This document shows positions 22,068-33,406 of a stretch of DNA of 64,000 nt, piece by piece. This DNA is from an uncultured cyanobacterium (GTDB lineage: Bacteria > Cyanobacteriota > Cyanobacteriia > PCC-6307 > Cyanobiaceae). The notes under the pieces were generated by a model. The model had not been told where the DNA came from, ran no database searches, and worked only from the letters and a program-made list of their open reading frames with translations. How positions within the stretch are numbered: the stretch's first letter is position 1; every line of letters starts with the position of its first letter. The translations under genes and the position numbers were made by a program. The DNA lies in NCBI GenBank assembly GCA_963765575.1, contig CAVXWZ010000002.1, positions 384,001 to 448,000 of the forward strand. The letters run 5' to 3'.

Positions 22068-22787
22068 TCAGGTGCGGCCGAGCTCAGCCAGGATCCTGTC
22101 CCGCCAGCTGAACAGCGGCTCCAGCATGGGGTTGTCGGCAATGCCGCTCACCCCCCGGCCCGCCAGGGGGGCGCCGCTGCCGGCAGGGAAGAGCAGCAGG
22201 GAGAGCTGGGCCACCACCGCCACGTCGGCCAGGCTGAGCTGATCACCCACCAGATGGGGCTGGGCGGCGGTGAGCGCCGCCAGCTGCTCAAGGCTGCTTT
22301 GCAGCTGGCGGCGCTCCTGCTGGCCGAGTACCCCGCCGATGGCCTCTCCCATACCGCCCACCACGCCGGCTGGCAGTCCCGCCACCAGCTCCCGCAGGGG
22401 GGCGGGAGTGGCTTCCGGCAACAGGGCGCCGCGCAGCACCGGATCGGCAGCGGCGGCCTGGAGCAGGGCCAGGCGGCAGCCGAAGGCCAGGGCCGTGTCC
22501 GCCCAGTCTTCGAGCAGCAGCACCCGGGCCCGGTCGGCCGGATCGGTGGGCAGCAGGGCCGGCAGCGGATGCTGACGTTCGAGATGCAGGGCGATGGCGG
22601 TGGAATCGGGGATGACCTCAGCCCCATCCACAAGCACCGGCACCTGACGCTGGCCGGAGAGCCGGAAGAGCTCCAGCTGGCCCAGCCCCGGGGTGACCTC
22701 CACCACGGTGTAGTCGAGACCCTTGGCGGCCAGAACCAGTCGCACCTTCTCGCAGAAGGCGGAATGGCGGAATTGGTGCAATTGCAT
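22068..22787 (-). CDS. glutathione S-transferase family protein
   Basis: [24 protein letters not shown]. Confidence 0.92.
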   Translation of the reverse strand: MQLHQFRHSAFCEKVRLVLAAKGLDYTVVEVTPGLGQLELFRLSGQRQVPVLVDGAEVIPDSTAIALHLERQHPLPALLPTDPADRARVLLLEDWADTALAFGCRLALLQAAAADPVLRGALLPEATPAPLRELVAGLPAGVVGGMGEAIGGVLGQQERRQLQSSLEQLAALTAAQPHLVGDQLSLADVAVVAQLSLLLFPAGSGAPLAGRGVSGIADNPMLEPLFSWRDRILAELGRT

Positions 22788-22837
22788 CCGTCGGGCCTGG
22801 GTGCCAGGAGGCAGAGTAGCCAGCGCGAGGAGATGGC

Positions 22838-23044
22838 ATGAGGGAGTTCTTCCTGAACGTGACGCGCTACCCGCGTTACCTGATCGCCCTGGGGCTGGGG
22901 GTGGCCGATTCGGTGCTGGAACCCCTCGCCGCCCGGGCCAGCAATCCGGTCACGGCGGTGGCCCTGATCGGTGCGGCGGTGAGCGGATTTCTCAGTCTGG
23001 GGCTGGTTCTGCGTGCGATGGTGAGCGCACAACCACTGGCATAG
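22838..23044 (+). CDS. DUF751 family protein
   Basis: [16 protein letters not shown]. Confidence 0.88.
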   Translation: MREFFLNVTRYPRYLIALGLGVADSVLEPLAARASNPVTAVALIGAAVSGFLSLGLVLRAMVSAQPLA

Positions 23045-23046
23045 CC

Positions 23047-23452
23047 ATGGCACAGGGCCGACGGGTGGAGCGGGTGGCCTCCCTGATCCGCCGCGAGGTG
23101 AGCGAACTGCTCCAGGGCGGCCTCCGGGATGAACGGGTGGGCCGCGGCCTGGTGAGCGTGACCACGGTGGAGGTGGCCGGAGATCTGCAGCACTGCCGCA
23201 TCTTCGTGAGCGTGTTCGGCACCGACGCCGACCGCGAGCAGGCCATGGCGGGACTGACCTCCGCCACGCCTTTCGTGAAGGGAGAACTGGGGCGGCGGCT
23301 GAAGATGCGGCGCACGCCCGAGGTGGTGTTCGTGCTCGACCGGGGCATCGAGCGGGGCACTTCGGTGCTCAGCCTGCTGCAACAAATTGGAGGGGGACCG
23401 CAGCGTCACGGAGGATCCGGACACTGGAGGCACCTCGGACAGCGATCCATGA
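23047..23452 (+). CDS. rbfA: ribosome-binding factor A (apparent frameshift ~23385)
   Basis: [25 protein letters not shown]; removing one A restores TGA at 23450-23452 overlapping the next ATG. Confidence 0.92.
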
Positions 23453-25077
23453 GCGCGGGGGCCGCAACCGAGGCGCGACCCGTGGCTGGGGAGCTGCGAC
23501 GGCTGATCGCCGAACTGCTGGTGGTGCGTGCCAGCGGCCACCTCAGCGATCCGCAGCGCCGCTATCCGCGCTGGGAACTGGCCAACCGCGATCTGCAGGA
23601 GCTTCTGGAGGCTGGAGTGGGGGGGGTGATCCTGCTGGGGGGCAGCGCGGCGGAACTGGCCTGCGCACCCGCCAGCTGCAGGCCTGGGCCGGCCGCCCCC
23701 TGCTGCTCTGCGCCGATGTGGAGGAGGGGGTGGGCCAGCGGTTCGATGGCGCCAGCTGGCTGGTGCCGCCCCTGGCCCTGGGACGCCTGCATGGCCATGC
23801 GCCTGAGCAAGCCCTGGACCTGGCGGAGCGCTACGGAGCCTGCACCGGCCGTGAGGCCCGCGCCGTGGGGCTCAACTGGGTGCTGGCGCCGGTGTGTGAC
23901 GTGAACAACAACCCCGCCAATCCCGTGATCAACGTGCGCGCCTGGGGGGAGGATCCGGCCACCGCCGGCGCCCTGGCCGCCGCCTTCAGCCGCGGCCTCC
24001 AGGCCGACGGGGTGCTGGGCTGCGCCAAGCACTTTCCCGGCCATGGCGACACCGCCAGCGACTCCCACCTGGAGCTGCCGGTGCTGGCCCACAGCCGCGC
24101 CCGGCTCGAGGCGGTGGAGCTGCCACCCTTCCGCAGCGCGATCGCGGCCGGGGTGGCGGCGGTGATGACCGCCCACCTCAGCCTGCCGGCCCTCGACCCC
24201 CATCGGCCCGCCACCCTCTCAGCAGCGGTGCTCAGCGGCCTGCTGCGCCGGGAGCTGGGCTTCACCGGGCTGGTGGTGACCGACGCCCTGGTGATGGAGG
24301 CCATCGCCGGCCGCTACGGGGCCGGTGAAGCGGCCGTGCTGGCCTGGAGGCTGGGGCCGATCTGGTGCTGATGCCCGCCGATGCCCGCGCGGCGATCACC
24401 GCCATCGCCGGCGCCGTGGCCGGCGGCCGGCTGAGCCGGGAGCGACTGGAAAGCAGCGCCTCCCGCCGTCGCGCCGCCCTCTCCGCCCTGCCGGACCAGG
24501 GACGCACCGCGGCCGATCCTTACCAGGCCGCAGCGCCGGATCTGGGCCTGGCCCAGGACCTGGTGACCGCCACGCTGGAGGTGCGCGGCCAAATACAGCC
24601 GCGGCCGGCGGGCCGCTCCGGAGTGAACCTGATTCGCCTCGACCAGGCCCTGCAGAACCCCTTTCTGCCGGCGGCGGCGCCGGCGCTCACCCTCGCCGCC
24701 GCCGCCGGCTTCCAGCCCTGCCTGCTGGCGGGCGACACGACGTCGCCGTGGGGCGGAGATCCCCACGCCCCCCTGGCCCTGGAGCGGCTTGGGGAGGGGC
24801 CGGTGCTGGTGCAGCTGTTCGTGCGTGGCAACCCCTTCCGCGGCCACGCCGGCGGGCGCGAGCCCTGGCCGGCGGCCCTGCGGCAGCTGCTCGCCGCCGG
24901 CCGGCTGGCGGGGCTGGCGGTGTATGGCAGTCCCTACCTCTGGGAGGAGTTGCAGAACCTGCTTCCCCCCGAGCTGCCGGCGGCCTACAGCCCGGGCCAG
25001 ATGCCCCTGGCCCAGGAGGCCGTGCTGGCCGCCCTGGGGCTGGGGGGGGGGCCGGCGATGGCGGCTTCACCGACTGA
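23449..25077 (+). CDS. glycoside hydrolase family 3 (NagZ-like); frameshifts at ~23660, ~24343 and ~25042-25051
   Basis: [32 protein letters not shown]-terminal GFTD*, split across frames. Confidence 0.85.
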
Positions 25078-25134
25078 GGTGGGCGTGGCGCGCCGACGTG
25101 GCGACGATGCGGCCGACCCCGTGGCACGGCGCCG

Positions 25135-26363
25135 ATGAGCGTGAGTCTGTCGATGATCGTGCGCAACGAGGCCGAGCGGCTGGGGCGCTGCCTGGCCTCG
25201 GTGGCCGGTTTCGTGGACGAGATGGTGGTGCTGGACACCGGCTCCAGCGACGCCACCGTGGCAATCGCCGAGGGCTGCGGCGCCGTGGTGCACCACCTGC
25301 CCTGGCCCGGGGACTTCGCCCCGGCCCGCAATGAGGCCCTGAGGCATGTGCGCGGCGACTGGGTGCTGGTGCTCGATGCCGACGAACAGCTGCGGCCGGA
25401 GGCCAGGGAGCCGTTGCGGCAACTGCTGGCCAAGCCCGATCTGCTGCTGGTGAACCTGCTGCGCTTCGAGCGCGGGGCCCGCCAGTCGCCCTACTCAAGC
25501 GTGAGTCGCCTGTTTCGCCGCCATCCCGCCATCCGCTGGAGCCGGCCATATCACGCGATGGTGGATGACAGCGTGCTGGAGCTGCTCGGCCGGGAGCCGC
25601 ACTGGCGGATCGCCGACTGCGATGAACCGGCCCTGGTGCATGACGGTTACCGGCCGGAGCTGCTGGCAGCCGGTGACAAGGCGGTCCGCCTGCGCCGAGC
25701 CATGGAGAGCGAACTGGAGCGCCGCCCGGGGGATCCCTACGCCTGCGCCAAGCTCGGCAGCCTGGAGGTGAGCGAAGGGCGCTGCCAGCGGGGCATCGCG
25801 CTGTTGGAGCAGGGACTGGCCCACTGCCCGGCCTCAGCCGTGGCTGAGCGCTACGAGTTGCTGCTGCATCTGGCCATCGCCCGCACCCCCCGGCGCCGCA
25901 GCGGGCGATGGCGCTCTACCGCCAGGCCCTGGCCCTGCCCCTGGCGCCCCGGGTGAGCCTGGGGGCCCGCCTCAACCTGGCCAGCCTGCTCTCCGCGAGC
26001 GCATCCCTGCTGGACGATGCCGCCGCCGGTCGGGCGTGGCTGGAGGAGGCGGCCCACCTCAGCCAAGAGGCCACCACAGCGGCACCGGAGCTTGGTCTGG
26101 CCTGGGCACGACGGGCCCAGGTGGCACGGCAACGAGGCGATCTGGCGGCCGCGATCCAGTCCTACCAGCGGGCCGTGGGGCTGGATCCCACCCAGGCCGA
26201 CTGGCACCAGAACCTGGCGGCGGCCCAGCTGCTCTCGGGCGACATCGGCGCCGCCCGCAGCGGTTTTGCTGAGGCGATCCGCCTGCTCCATCAGCAGGGC
26301 CGGCCGGCGGCGGCCGAGGATCTGCGCCGGCGACTGCGCTCGCTGGTGACGCTCGACGACTGA
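25135..26363 (+). CDS. GT2 glycosyltransferase with TPR C-terminus (frameshift ~25890)
   Basis: MIVRNE, DTGSSD, ARN, LDADE; TPR repeats continue in a second frame after a C6 run. Confidence 0.85.
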
Positions 26364-26403
26364 ACGCTCCCGACGACAGTTTCCCCAACGGACCCCAGAC
26401 GGC

Positions 26404-27261
26404 ATGGCCCAGCCCCCTGATCCCTCCACCGCCGCCGCGGCCAGCCCGGACCCGGCGCCCCTGGCGGGCCGCTGCCTGGCCGTGACCCGGGCCGAAACCC
26501 AGCTGGCGGCGGCGCGGCAGCTGTTTGAAGCGGCCGGGGCCCGGGTGGTGGACCTACCGGCTTTGGTGGTGACCCCCCCGGACACCTGGGGGCCGCTCGA
26601 TGACGCCCTGGCCGAACTGGACGACTTCCACTGGCTGGTGCTCTCCAGCGCCAACGGCGTCGAGGCGATGGAGCAGCGGCTGCGGCGCCGGGGCAGCAGC
26701 CTGGCCCACCGGCCAGCGAGTCTGAAGATCGCGGCGGTGGGCCGCAAAACCGCCGCCCGGCTGGCGGAGCTTGGCGCCCCGGCCGACTTCGTGCCGCCCG
26801 CCTTCGTGGCCGACAGCCTGGTGGAGCATTTCCCGGTGTCGGGGTGGGGCCTGCGGCTGCTGATCCCGCGGGTCCAGAGCGGCGGCCGCACCGTGCTGGC
26901 GGAGGCGTTCGCGGCGGGTGGGGCCCGCGTGGTGGAGGTGCCGGCCTATGAAACCCGCTGCCCCCAGGGTCTGCCCAGCCAGGCGGTGGCGGCCCTGGAT
27001 CGGGGGCAGCTGGATGCGATCACCTTCAGCAGTGGCAAGACCGTGAGCCACACGGCGCGACTGCTGGAGGAGGCGTTCGGCGCCGGCTGGCGGCAGCGCC
27101 TGGGCTCGGTGGCGGTCGTCTCGATCGGACCCCAGACCAGCGCGCGCTGCCGCGACTGCCTGGGCCGGGTCGATGCTGAAGCTGATCCCCACGACCTGAC
27201 GGGCCTGGTGGAGGCCTGCGCCAGGGCCCTGAGGGGCCGGCCCCTCAGAGCTCGGCCGTGA
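26404..27261 (+). CDS. hemD: uroporphyrinogen-III synthase
   Basis: VTRA, SANGV, AVGRKTA, AYET, TFSSGKTV, SIGPQT. Confidence 0.93.
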   Translation: MAQPPDPSTAAAASPDPAPLAGRCLAVTRAETQLAAARQLFEAAGARVVDLPALVVTPPDTWGPLDDALAELDDFHWLVLSSANGVEAMEQRLRRRGSSLAHRPASLKIAAVGRKTAARLAELGAPADFVPPAFVADSLVEHFPVSGWGLRLLIPRVQSGGRTVLAEAFAAGGARVVEVPAYETRCPQGLPSQAVAALDRGQLDAITFSSGKTVSHTARLLEEAFGAGWRQRLGSVAVVSIGPQTSARCRDCLGRVDAEADPHDLTGLVEACARALRGRPLRARP

Positions 27262-27781
27262 CCGTCTGGCCGCCCTGGCGGAGCACCAGGCGACCGCGGT
27301 CGACATCGATCGAGGACACGACCCAGCCGGCCGGCAGCAGATCGGTGTTGCGGCCGCCCAGTTCACCGATGCCCACGGAGCCCGAGGTGGCGCCGAGTTG
27401 CACCAAGGCCTGGGGCGAGCCACCGGTGCGGATCACGCCGCTGAAGCGGAAGTCGGAGGGGAGCTGCAGGGGCGCGGGGCGGGGCGGCGGTGTCGAGGGG
27501 CGACCGACCGCTCCGGAGGTGGGTGCCGCTGGCGGCGCCGGGCGGTCGGAGGCGAAGGGATCGCTGCGGCCGATCGGATTGGCCGCCAGCACCTGGTTCG
27601 TGGTGGGCAGGGGCGTGAAGCCAGTCACCGCTGCGGCCGGCGCGGCAGCCGGATCAACGCCGGCGGCCGGCGCCGCAGGGGGATCCACCAGATCGGCCTC
27701 CGGTTGATCGCGGGAGCAGGCCGCCAGCACCAGAGCACTGCCGGCAAGGGCAGCCAGGAGCCAGGGGAACCGGATGGGCAT
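27245..27781 (-). CDS. hypothetical lipoprotein, PilP/GspC-HR-like
   Basis: Lipobox LAAC, Pro/Ala-rich linker with GRSDPF, C-terminal beta-rich domain. Confidence 0.7.
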   Translation of the reverse strand: MPIRFPWLLAALAGSALVLAACSRDQPEADLVDPPAAPAAGVDPAAAPAAAVTGFTPLPTTNQVLAANPIGRSDPFASDRPAPPAAPTSGAVGRPSTPPPRPAPLQLPSDFRFSGVIRTGGSPQALVQLGATSGSVGIGELGGRNTDLLPAGWVVSSIDVDRGRLVLRQGGQTVTAEL

Positions 27782-27803
27782 GGACGGGGTCGACATCGGA
27801 CGA

Positions 27804-28247
27804 TCAGAGCTGGGGCTGTTCAACCAGATCCCGGAAGCGGTCGAGGTTGGCCTGGAGTTCCCGGGTGACGATGCCCCCCAGAATGGTCGGTTCCATGAGC
27901 GGTGCCAAGACCCCTGGCAATTCGTAGCTCACGCTGAGCTTCACGGCCGTGGAGCCATCGGGCTGCGGATAGAACCGCACCCCGCCCCGGGTGGGCAGGC
28001 CCCCCACCGACTCCCAATGCAGCTGCTGGGCCTCGACCCGCTGGGAGATGCGCGCTTTCCAGTGGAAGCGAAAGCCCTGGGCGGCGAGGGTCCAGTCGGT
28101 GAGATCCGGTTCGCCTGGGACGGCGACGACGGATTCAATCCAGCGCATCCAGCGGGGCATGGCCTCCAGGTCGCTCCAGACCGCCCAAACCTGCTCCACA
28201 GGGGCCTGGACCGTGGTGGTGACGCTGTGCTCGAGCCAACGGCCCAT
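27804..28247 (-). CDS. SRPBCC/START family protein
   Basis: MGRWLEH, WSDLEAMPRWM, WES..GL, L..NL.RF. Confidence 0.88.
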   Translation of the reverse strand: MGRWLEHSVTTTVQAPVEQVWAVWSDLEAMPRWMRWIESVVAVPGEPDLTDWTLAAQGFRFHWKARISQRVEAQQLHWESVGGLPTRGGVRFYPQPDGSTAVKLSVSYELPGVLAPLMEPTILGGIVTRELQANLDRFRDLVEQPQL

Positions 28248-28284
28248 GCGGTTCTCCTCGTGTGGCGGGTGGAAGCGGGCCGCC

Positions 28285-29830
28285 TCAGGCGGCGTCGGCG
28301 GTGGCCGTGCTGGCGGTGGCTGCGGTGGCTGCGATGGCGGCCTTGGGAGCGCTGCTGGCCAGATCCACAGGGCGATCGAGGATCGCCGCCGCCGCCAGCC
28401 TGCCACTCATGGTGGCCCCCTCCATCGAATCGATGTAGTCCTGGCGGGTGTAGCTGCCGGCGAGGAAGAAGTTGGACACCGGTGTGCGCTGGGCCGGGCG
28501 GAACGGCTCCATGCCCGGGGCTTCGCGGTAGAGCGACTGGGCCAGCTTGACCACGTTGCTCCAGACCAGCGTCAGATCGCTGGCGGAGGGGAAGAGCTCC
28601 CGCACCTGGGCGTCGGTGTGGGCGACGATCTCCTCGGTCTTCCTGGGGATCCAGGGGTCGCCGGGGGTGAGCACGCACTGCAGCAAGGAGCCCAGGCCCT
28701 GCTTGCGGTAGTCCGCCGGACTGGCCAGGGCCAGGTCGGCGAAGCAGCTGAAATCGGCGTCAGCGGAATACAGCAGGTTGTTGAGACCGGCGGGCTGGCT
28801 GAGGTCGGCGCGGGCCGCCCTGGCGGCGGCGCTGTCGCCCAGCTCGGTGACCCAGCCGTCGTAGCGCAGCTGCACCGTGGCGACGGGCACTGCCTCGAGG
28901 CGATAGATGTGATCAAACAGGGGCCAACGGCGCCAGGCTCTGGGGAATCAGGCGCTGGATGCCGGGCACATCGCAGGCCGCCAGGTAGGTGTCGGCCTGC
29001 ACCTGGATCTCACCCTCGGGGGTGCCCAGGGTCAGCCCGCTGACGCGGGTGGAGGGCAAGCCGTCGGTCCCGGCCGGGCCCTCCTCCACCCGCACCTCGG
29101 AGACGCGGTGACGCAGGTGCAGCCGGCCGCCGCGCTGCTGGATGTAGTCGAGGATCGGCCCGGTGAGCCAGCGGTGGGGGGATCCCTTGAGCAGGTTCAG
29201 CTTCGAGGCCTCCGTCTTGGCCGCAAACATCATGAAGATGGTGAGCATGCAGCGGGCCGAGATCGAGGCGCAGTCGATGAAGCCGAGCGCATAGGCGATC
29301 GGGTTCCACATCCGCTCGATGCTGCGGGGGCTGCCGCCGTGGTTGAGGAACCACTGCTGGAAACTGATCCGATCGAGGTCGCGGATCACGGCCATGGCGC
29401 CCTCGTAATCCACCAGCCCGCGCACGATCGGGCTGGTGCCCAGGGCGAGGGCGTTGCGCAGCTTGTCGATCCAGTCGAGCTGGGGGGTGGTGAAGAAGGC
29501 CTTGAGACCGTTGAAGGGAGCGCCGACGGGGAAGCGGAAGTCGAGATCGCGCAGGTCACCTCCCCGGTTCACGAACAGGTGGGTGTGCTCCTTGGGCAGG
29601 AGGTTGTCGATCGCCCCCACCTTGCGCATCAGGGCGAAGAGGTTGGCGTAGTTGAAGAAGAACACATGCAACCCCATCTCGATGTGGTTGCCGTCCGGAT
29701 CCACCCAGCTGCCCACTTTGCCGCCCATGAACGGCCGGGCTTCGTAGAGGTCGACCTGGTGGCCGGCATCCACCAGATCCACCGCGGCCGCCAGACCGGC
29801 CAGCCCTGCCCCAACAATGGCGACGCGCAC
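28285..29830 (-). CDS. zds: zeta-carotene desaturase (frameshift ~28943)
   Basis: [43 protein letters not shown]; one extra C in ATT CCCC AGA. Confidence 0.93.
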
Positions 29831-29938
29831 CCGCTCAGTTCGCAAACAGTGCCATGACTCTATGGAGCGGAGCCCTCAAAAGGCGGCCGGCTCCCTAGCA
29901 TCGGCACCCAAACCACTGCGCGCCCCCGCGATTCCGCC

Positions 29939-30415
29939 ATGGCCACCGATCTGGCGACCCCGAAGACCAGCGAGCTGGCCCAGGCCAGCGATGCGGGCAC
30001 GGTCTCCCAGCAAGCGGCATCCCAGCCAGCGGTCTCCCAGCCAGCGGCCACCCACACGGCCCGCGATGGCAAGGGCATCCTGGTCACCGAGCCGGCGATG
30101 CATCAGCTCGCCGCGTTGGTGCACCAGCAGGGCGCGGGCAAGGTGCTGCGGGTGGGTGTGCGCTCCGGCGGCTGCAGCGGCATGAGCTACACCATGGACT
30201 TCATCGAGGCCGTCGACATCGGCCCCGATGACGAGCGCTACACCTATGAACCGGCCGGCAGGGCCAGCTTCGAGGTGGTGTGCGATCCCAAGAGCCTGCT
30301 GTACATCTACGGCATGCAGCTGGACTTCTCCAGCGCCCTGATCGGTGGCGGCTTCAACTTCTCCAACCCCAACGCCAGCCAGACCTGCGGCTGCGGCAGC
30401 TCCTTCGCCGTCTGA
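29939..30415 (+). CDS. IscA/HesB Fe-S cluster assembly accessory protein
   Basis: GGCSGMSY and NPNA..TCGCG.SF; 3x15-bp repeat in the N-terminal extension (30001-30045). Confidence 0.93.
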   Translation: MATDLATPKTSELAQASDAGTVSQQAASQPAVSQPAATHTARDGKGILVTEPAMHQLAALVHQQGAGKVLRVGVRSGGCSGMSYTMDFIEAVDIGPDDERYTYEPAGRASFEVVCDPKSLLYIYGMQLDFSSALIGGGFNFSNPNASQTCGCGSSFAV

Positions 30416-30472
30416 CACCGAGGTGGACGCCTGGCGTGGGAATCTGAGACCAGCGATCGCGTCTCTCCCGTC

Positions 30473-30895
30473 ATGACGGCCAGCACCGCGGACTCCCAGT
30501 TCGACCAGGCCATCGCCCGCTACAACGCCGGGGCCGCGCCCGCCGACCTGATTCCAGAGTTCCATGCCATCACCCGGCAGGCCCCCCGCCATTCCGCCGG
30601 CTGGACCTGCCTGGCCTGGCTGCAGCTGTTGGCCGACCAACCCCTCGACGCCCTGCACTCCGCCCGCAACGCGGTGAAGCTCAACCCCCAGGATCCGCAG
30701 GCGCGCATCAACCTCAGCCTGGCCATGCTCGAAACCGGCGCCAAGGGGGTGCGCGAGCACATCGACATCGTGCGGCGGGTGATGGCGATGGCGCCGGATC
30801 TGGCCCAGGAGCTGGAAGACTCAATCGCCGACGGCCTGCAGCGCCGACCGGGCTGGGGCGCGATGGAGAAGGTGCGGACCTGGCTGAGCAGCTGA
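30473..30895 (+). CDS. TPR-like conserved hypothetical protein
   Basis: WTCLAWLQLL, AVKLNPQDPQARINL. Confidence 0.8.
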   Translation: MTASTADSQFDQAIARYNAGAAPADLIPEFHAITRQAPRHSAGWTCLAWLQLLADQPLDALHSARNAVKLNPQDPQARINLSLAMLETGAKGVREHIDIVRRVMAMAPDLAQELEDSIADGLQRRPGWGAMEKVRTWLSS

Positions 30896-30909
30896 CCCCC
30901 ACCAGCTCC

Positions 30910-32190
30910 ATGGCCAAGGGCCGCGTCCTCGTACTCAGCAACGGCCATGGCGAAGATCTGAGCGGCGCCCTGATCGCCGCCGCCCTGCGGCGCCGCGGCG
31001 TGGCGGTGGCCGCGCTGCCCCTGGTGGGCCATGGCGAGCCCTACCGGCGGCGCGACATTGCCGTGCTGGGGCGCACCCGCTCCTTCAGCACCGGTGGCCT
31101 CGGCTTCACCAGCCTGGCCGGCCAGATGCGGGAGCTGCTGGAGGGCCAGACGCTGCACGTGATCCTGCAGCTGGCGCGGCTGCGGGGCCGCAGTCGCGAC
31201 ATCGATCTGGTGCTGGCGGTGGGGGATCTGGTGGCTGTGCTGGGCGGTTGGTTGGCGGGCCACCCGGCGGCGGTGTATCTGGTGGCCTACTCCAGCCACT
31301 ACGAAGGCCGCCTGCGACTGCCCTGGCCCTGCGGCTGGCTGCTGCGGCGGCCGCAGATGCGGGCAATCTGGGCCCGGGACCGCCTCAGTGCCGACGACCT
31401 CTGCGGCCAGCTGCAGCGGCCGGTGACATTCGTCGGCAACCCCTTCCTCGATGGAGTGCTGGATGGGGTGCCGGATGGGCAGGTCGATGGCCCGGATGCG
31501 GCCCAGCGGGAACCCCGGGCCGCATCCGCGCGGCAGCGGCTGCTGCTGCTGCCCGGCAGCAGGCTGCCGGAGGCCCAGCACAACCTCACCCTGATGCTGC
31601 GGCTGCTGCCCCGTCTGGCCCGCCGGCTGCAACGGCCCCGGGATCTGCAGGTGGCCGCCGCCCTGGTGCGGGATCTGCAGCCCCAGACAATCCTGCGCCT
31701 GGCGGCGCCCCTCGACTGGACCCCGGTGACGGAGAGGGGCAAGGGGCCCGCGCTGGGGCTGCGCCATCCCTGCGGCCTGGTGCTGGAGCTGGGGTGGTCG
31801 CTGTTCGCCCAGCAGTTGATGGCCGCGGATCTGGTGCTGGCCATGGCGGGAACGGCCACCGAACAGGCGGTGGGGCTGGGCAAGCCGGTGCTGCAGCTGG
31901 CCGGCCGCGGCCCCCAGTTCACGGCCGGATTCGCCGAGGCCCAACGGCGCCTGCTGGGCCCGGCGGTGGTGGGCGCCGCGGGGGAGCCGGGCAGCCCGGC
32001 CTGCCTGGAGGCCACGGCGGTGCTCGGAGCCGAGCTGCTGCAGCGCCTCGCCCACCCCAGGCTGGGGCCCGAGCTGCGGGTTCGGCTGAGGGCCGAGGCC
32101 GCCGAGCGCATCGGCGCCGCCGGTGGCAGCGAGCGCCTGGCGGCGGCGATCATGGACCTGCTGGCCCTCCAGAGCGGCATGTCCGCCTGA
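30910..32190 (+). CDS. lipid-A-disaccharide synthase-related protein
   Basis: SNGHGED, FVGNPF.D, LLPGSR, MAGTATEQ.VGLGKP. Confidence 0.88.
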   Translation: MAKGRVLVLSNGHGEDLSGALIAAALRRRGVAVAALPLVGHGEPYRRRDIAVLGRTRSFSTGGLGFTSLAGQMRELLEGQTLHVILQLARLRGRSRDIDLVLAVGDLVAVLGGWLAGHPAAVYLVAYSSHYEGRLRLPWPCGWLLRRPQMRAIWARDRLSADDLCGQLQRPVTFVGNPFLDGVLDGVPDGQVDGPDAAQREPRAASARQRLLLLPGSRLPEAQHNLTLMLRLLPRLARRLQRPRDLQVAAALVRDLQPQTILRLAAPLDWTPVTERGKGPALGLRHPCGLVLELGWSLFAQQLMAADLVLAMAGTATEQAVGLGKPVLQLAGRGPQFTAGFAEAQRRLLGPAVVGAAGEPGSPACLEATAVLGAELLQRLAHPRLGPELRVRLRAEAAERIGAAGGSERLAAAIMDLLALQSGMSA

Positions 32191-32222
32191 CGCCGCACTG
32201 CCCGCGAAGCCCCCTGCGATCC

Positions 32223-32486
32223 ATGTCCGAAACCCCACCGATGCCGATGCTGCAACGGCTCAAGGCGGGCCTCGATGGGCTGCTGGTGGCCAATGTGTTC
32301 CTGGTGATCGCCGGAGCCCTGTGGTTTGCCGTGGCGGTGGTGTGCCACACCCGCCAGGTGGAGGCACCGCTGGAGCTATTTCAGCGGCTGTGGGAGCCGC
32401 TGTTCACGCCGGCCATCGGCCTGCTGATGGGCGCGGCGCTGATCAGCGGCCTGCTGGGCTGGTGGCAGCGGCAAGGGCAGCGCTGA
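32223..32486 (+). CDS. small hypothetical membrane protein
   Basis: Two hydrophobic segments, FQRLWEPLFTPAIG; fills the intergenic gap. Confidence 0.7.
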   Translation: MSETPPMPMLQRLKAGLDGLLVANVFLVIAGALWFAVAVVCHTRQVEAPLELFQRLWEPLFTPAIGLLMGAALISGLLGWWQRQGQR

Positions 32487-33378
32487 GCTCGCCGTATTGA
32501 AAGGGGAACTGCTGGCCCAGCAGGCGTTCGGGCAGCACCTGCTGACCCTCCAGCACCACCTGCGCCCCATCGCCCAGCAGCAACTGCAGCACCGGCGCCG
32601 GCACCGGCAGCAGGCTGGGGCGGCCGAGGGCACGGCCCAGGCCGGCGGCAAACTCGGCCATGGTCACCGGCTCGGGGGCCACGGCGTTGTAGGTGCCGCG
32701 GTAGCTGTCGTCCTCGAGGGCGGTGGCAATCAGGCGGCAGAGGTCAAGGCGATGGATCCAGCTCATCCACTGCTGCCCGCTGCCCACCGGTCCTCCGAAC
32801 CCCAGCCGGAACACCGGCAGCATCCGGCCCAGCGCTCCGCCATCGGGCCCCAGCACAATGCCGATGCGCAGGATCACCAGGCGCGTGGCGGCCGGGAGCG
32901 CGGCCGCGGCCCCCTCCCAGCGCCTACAGATCTCAGCCAGGTAGTCCTGTCCCGGCGGGGAGTCCTCCCGGAAGCGGGCCGTGCTGCTGGTGCCGTAGAA
33001 CCCCACCGCCGAGCCGTTGATGAGCACCCGCGGTGGGTGATCCAGCCGCTGCAGGGCCTGCACCAACTGCTCGGTGGTGGCCACCCGGCTGGCCATCAGC
33101 AGGGCCCGGTGGGCTGCGGTCCAGCGCTTCTCGGCGATCGGTTCACCTGCCAGGTTGACCACGCCTTCGGCCGCGGCCAGGGCCTGCAGCAGGCCGTCCT
33201 GCTCCCAGCTGGCGGGCTGACTGGGATCGAGCTGAAGGCAGGCCAGACGAGAGCCCACCAGCTGGGGGAAGGGCCGGGCCTGCCTGCTCACCAGGGTGAG
33301 GCTGTGGCCGAGCGCCAAGAGGTAGGGCACCAGCTCGCGCCCCACGAATCCAGAACAGCCCAGCAGCAGCAGACGCAC
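32443..33378 (-). CDS. TIGR01777 family NAD-dependent epimerase (YfcH-like)
   Basis: GCSGFVG, VNLAGEPIA, SAVGFYG, GSGQQWMSWIH. Confidence 0.92.
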   Translation of the reverse strand: MRLLLLGCSGFVGRELVPYLLALGHSLTLVSRQARPFPQLVGSRLACLQLDPSQPASWEQDGLLQALAAAEGVVNLAGEPIAEKRWTAAHRALLMASRVATTEQLVQALQRLDHPPRVLINGSAVGFYGTSSTARFREDSPPGQDYLAEICRRWEGAAAALPAATRLVILRIGIVLGPDGGALGRMLPVFRLGFGGPVGSGQQWMSWIHRLDLCRLIATALEDDSYRGTYNAVAPEPVTMAEFAAGLGRALGRPSLLPVPAPVLQLLLGDGAQVVLEGQQVLPERLLGQQFPFQYGELSAALAAATSPAGR

Positions 33379-33406
33379 GCCTTGATCTCCCTTTGCTGGG
33401 GGGAGG

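Noticed and set aside
22723..23904. Apparent RbfA-glycoside hydrolase fusion
   Set aside because: One extra A at ~23385 explains it; removing it restores an ATGA stop/start overlap at 23449-23452.
30001..30045. 3x15-bp repeat in iscA
   Set aside because: In-frame low-complexity linker expansion with no spacers; not CRISPR-like.
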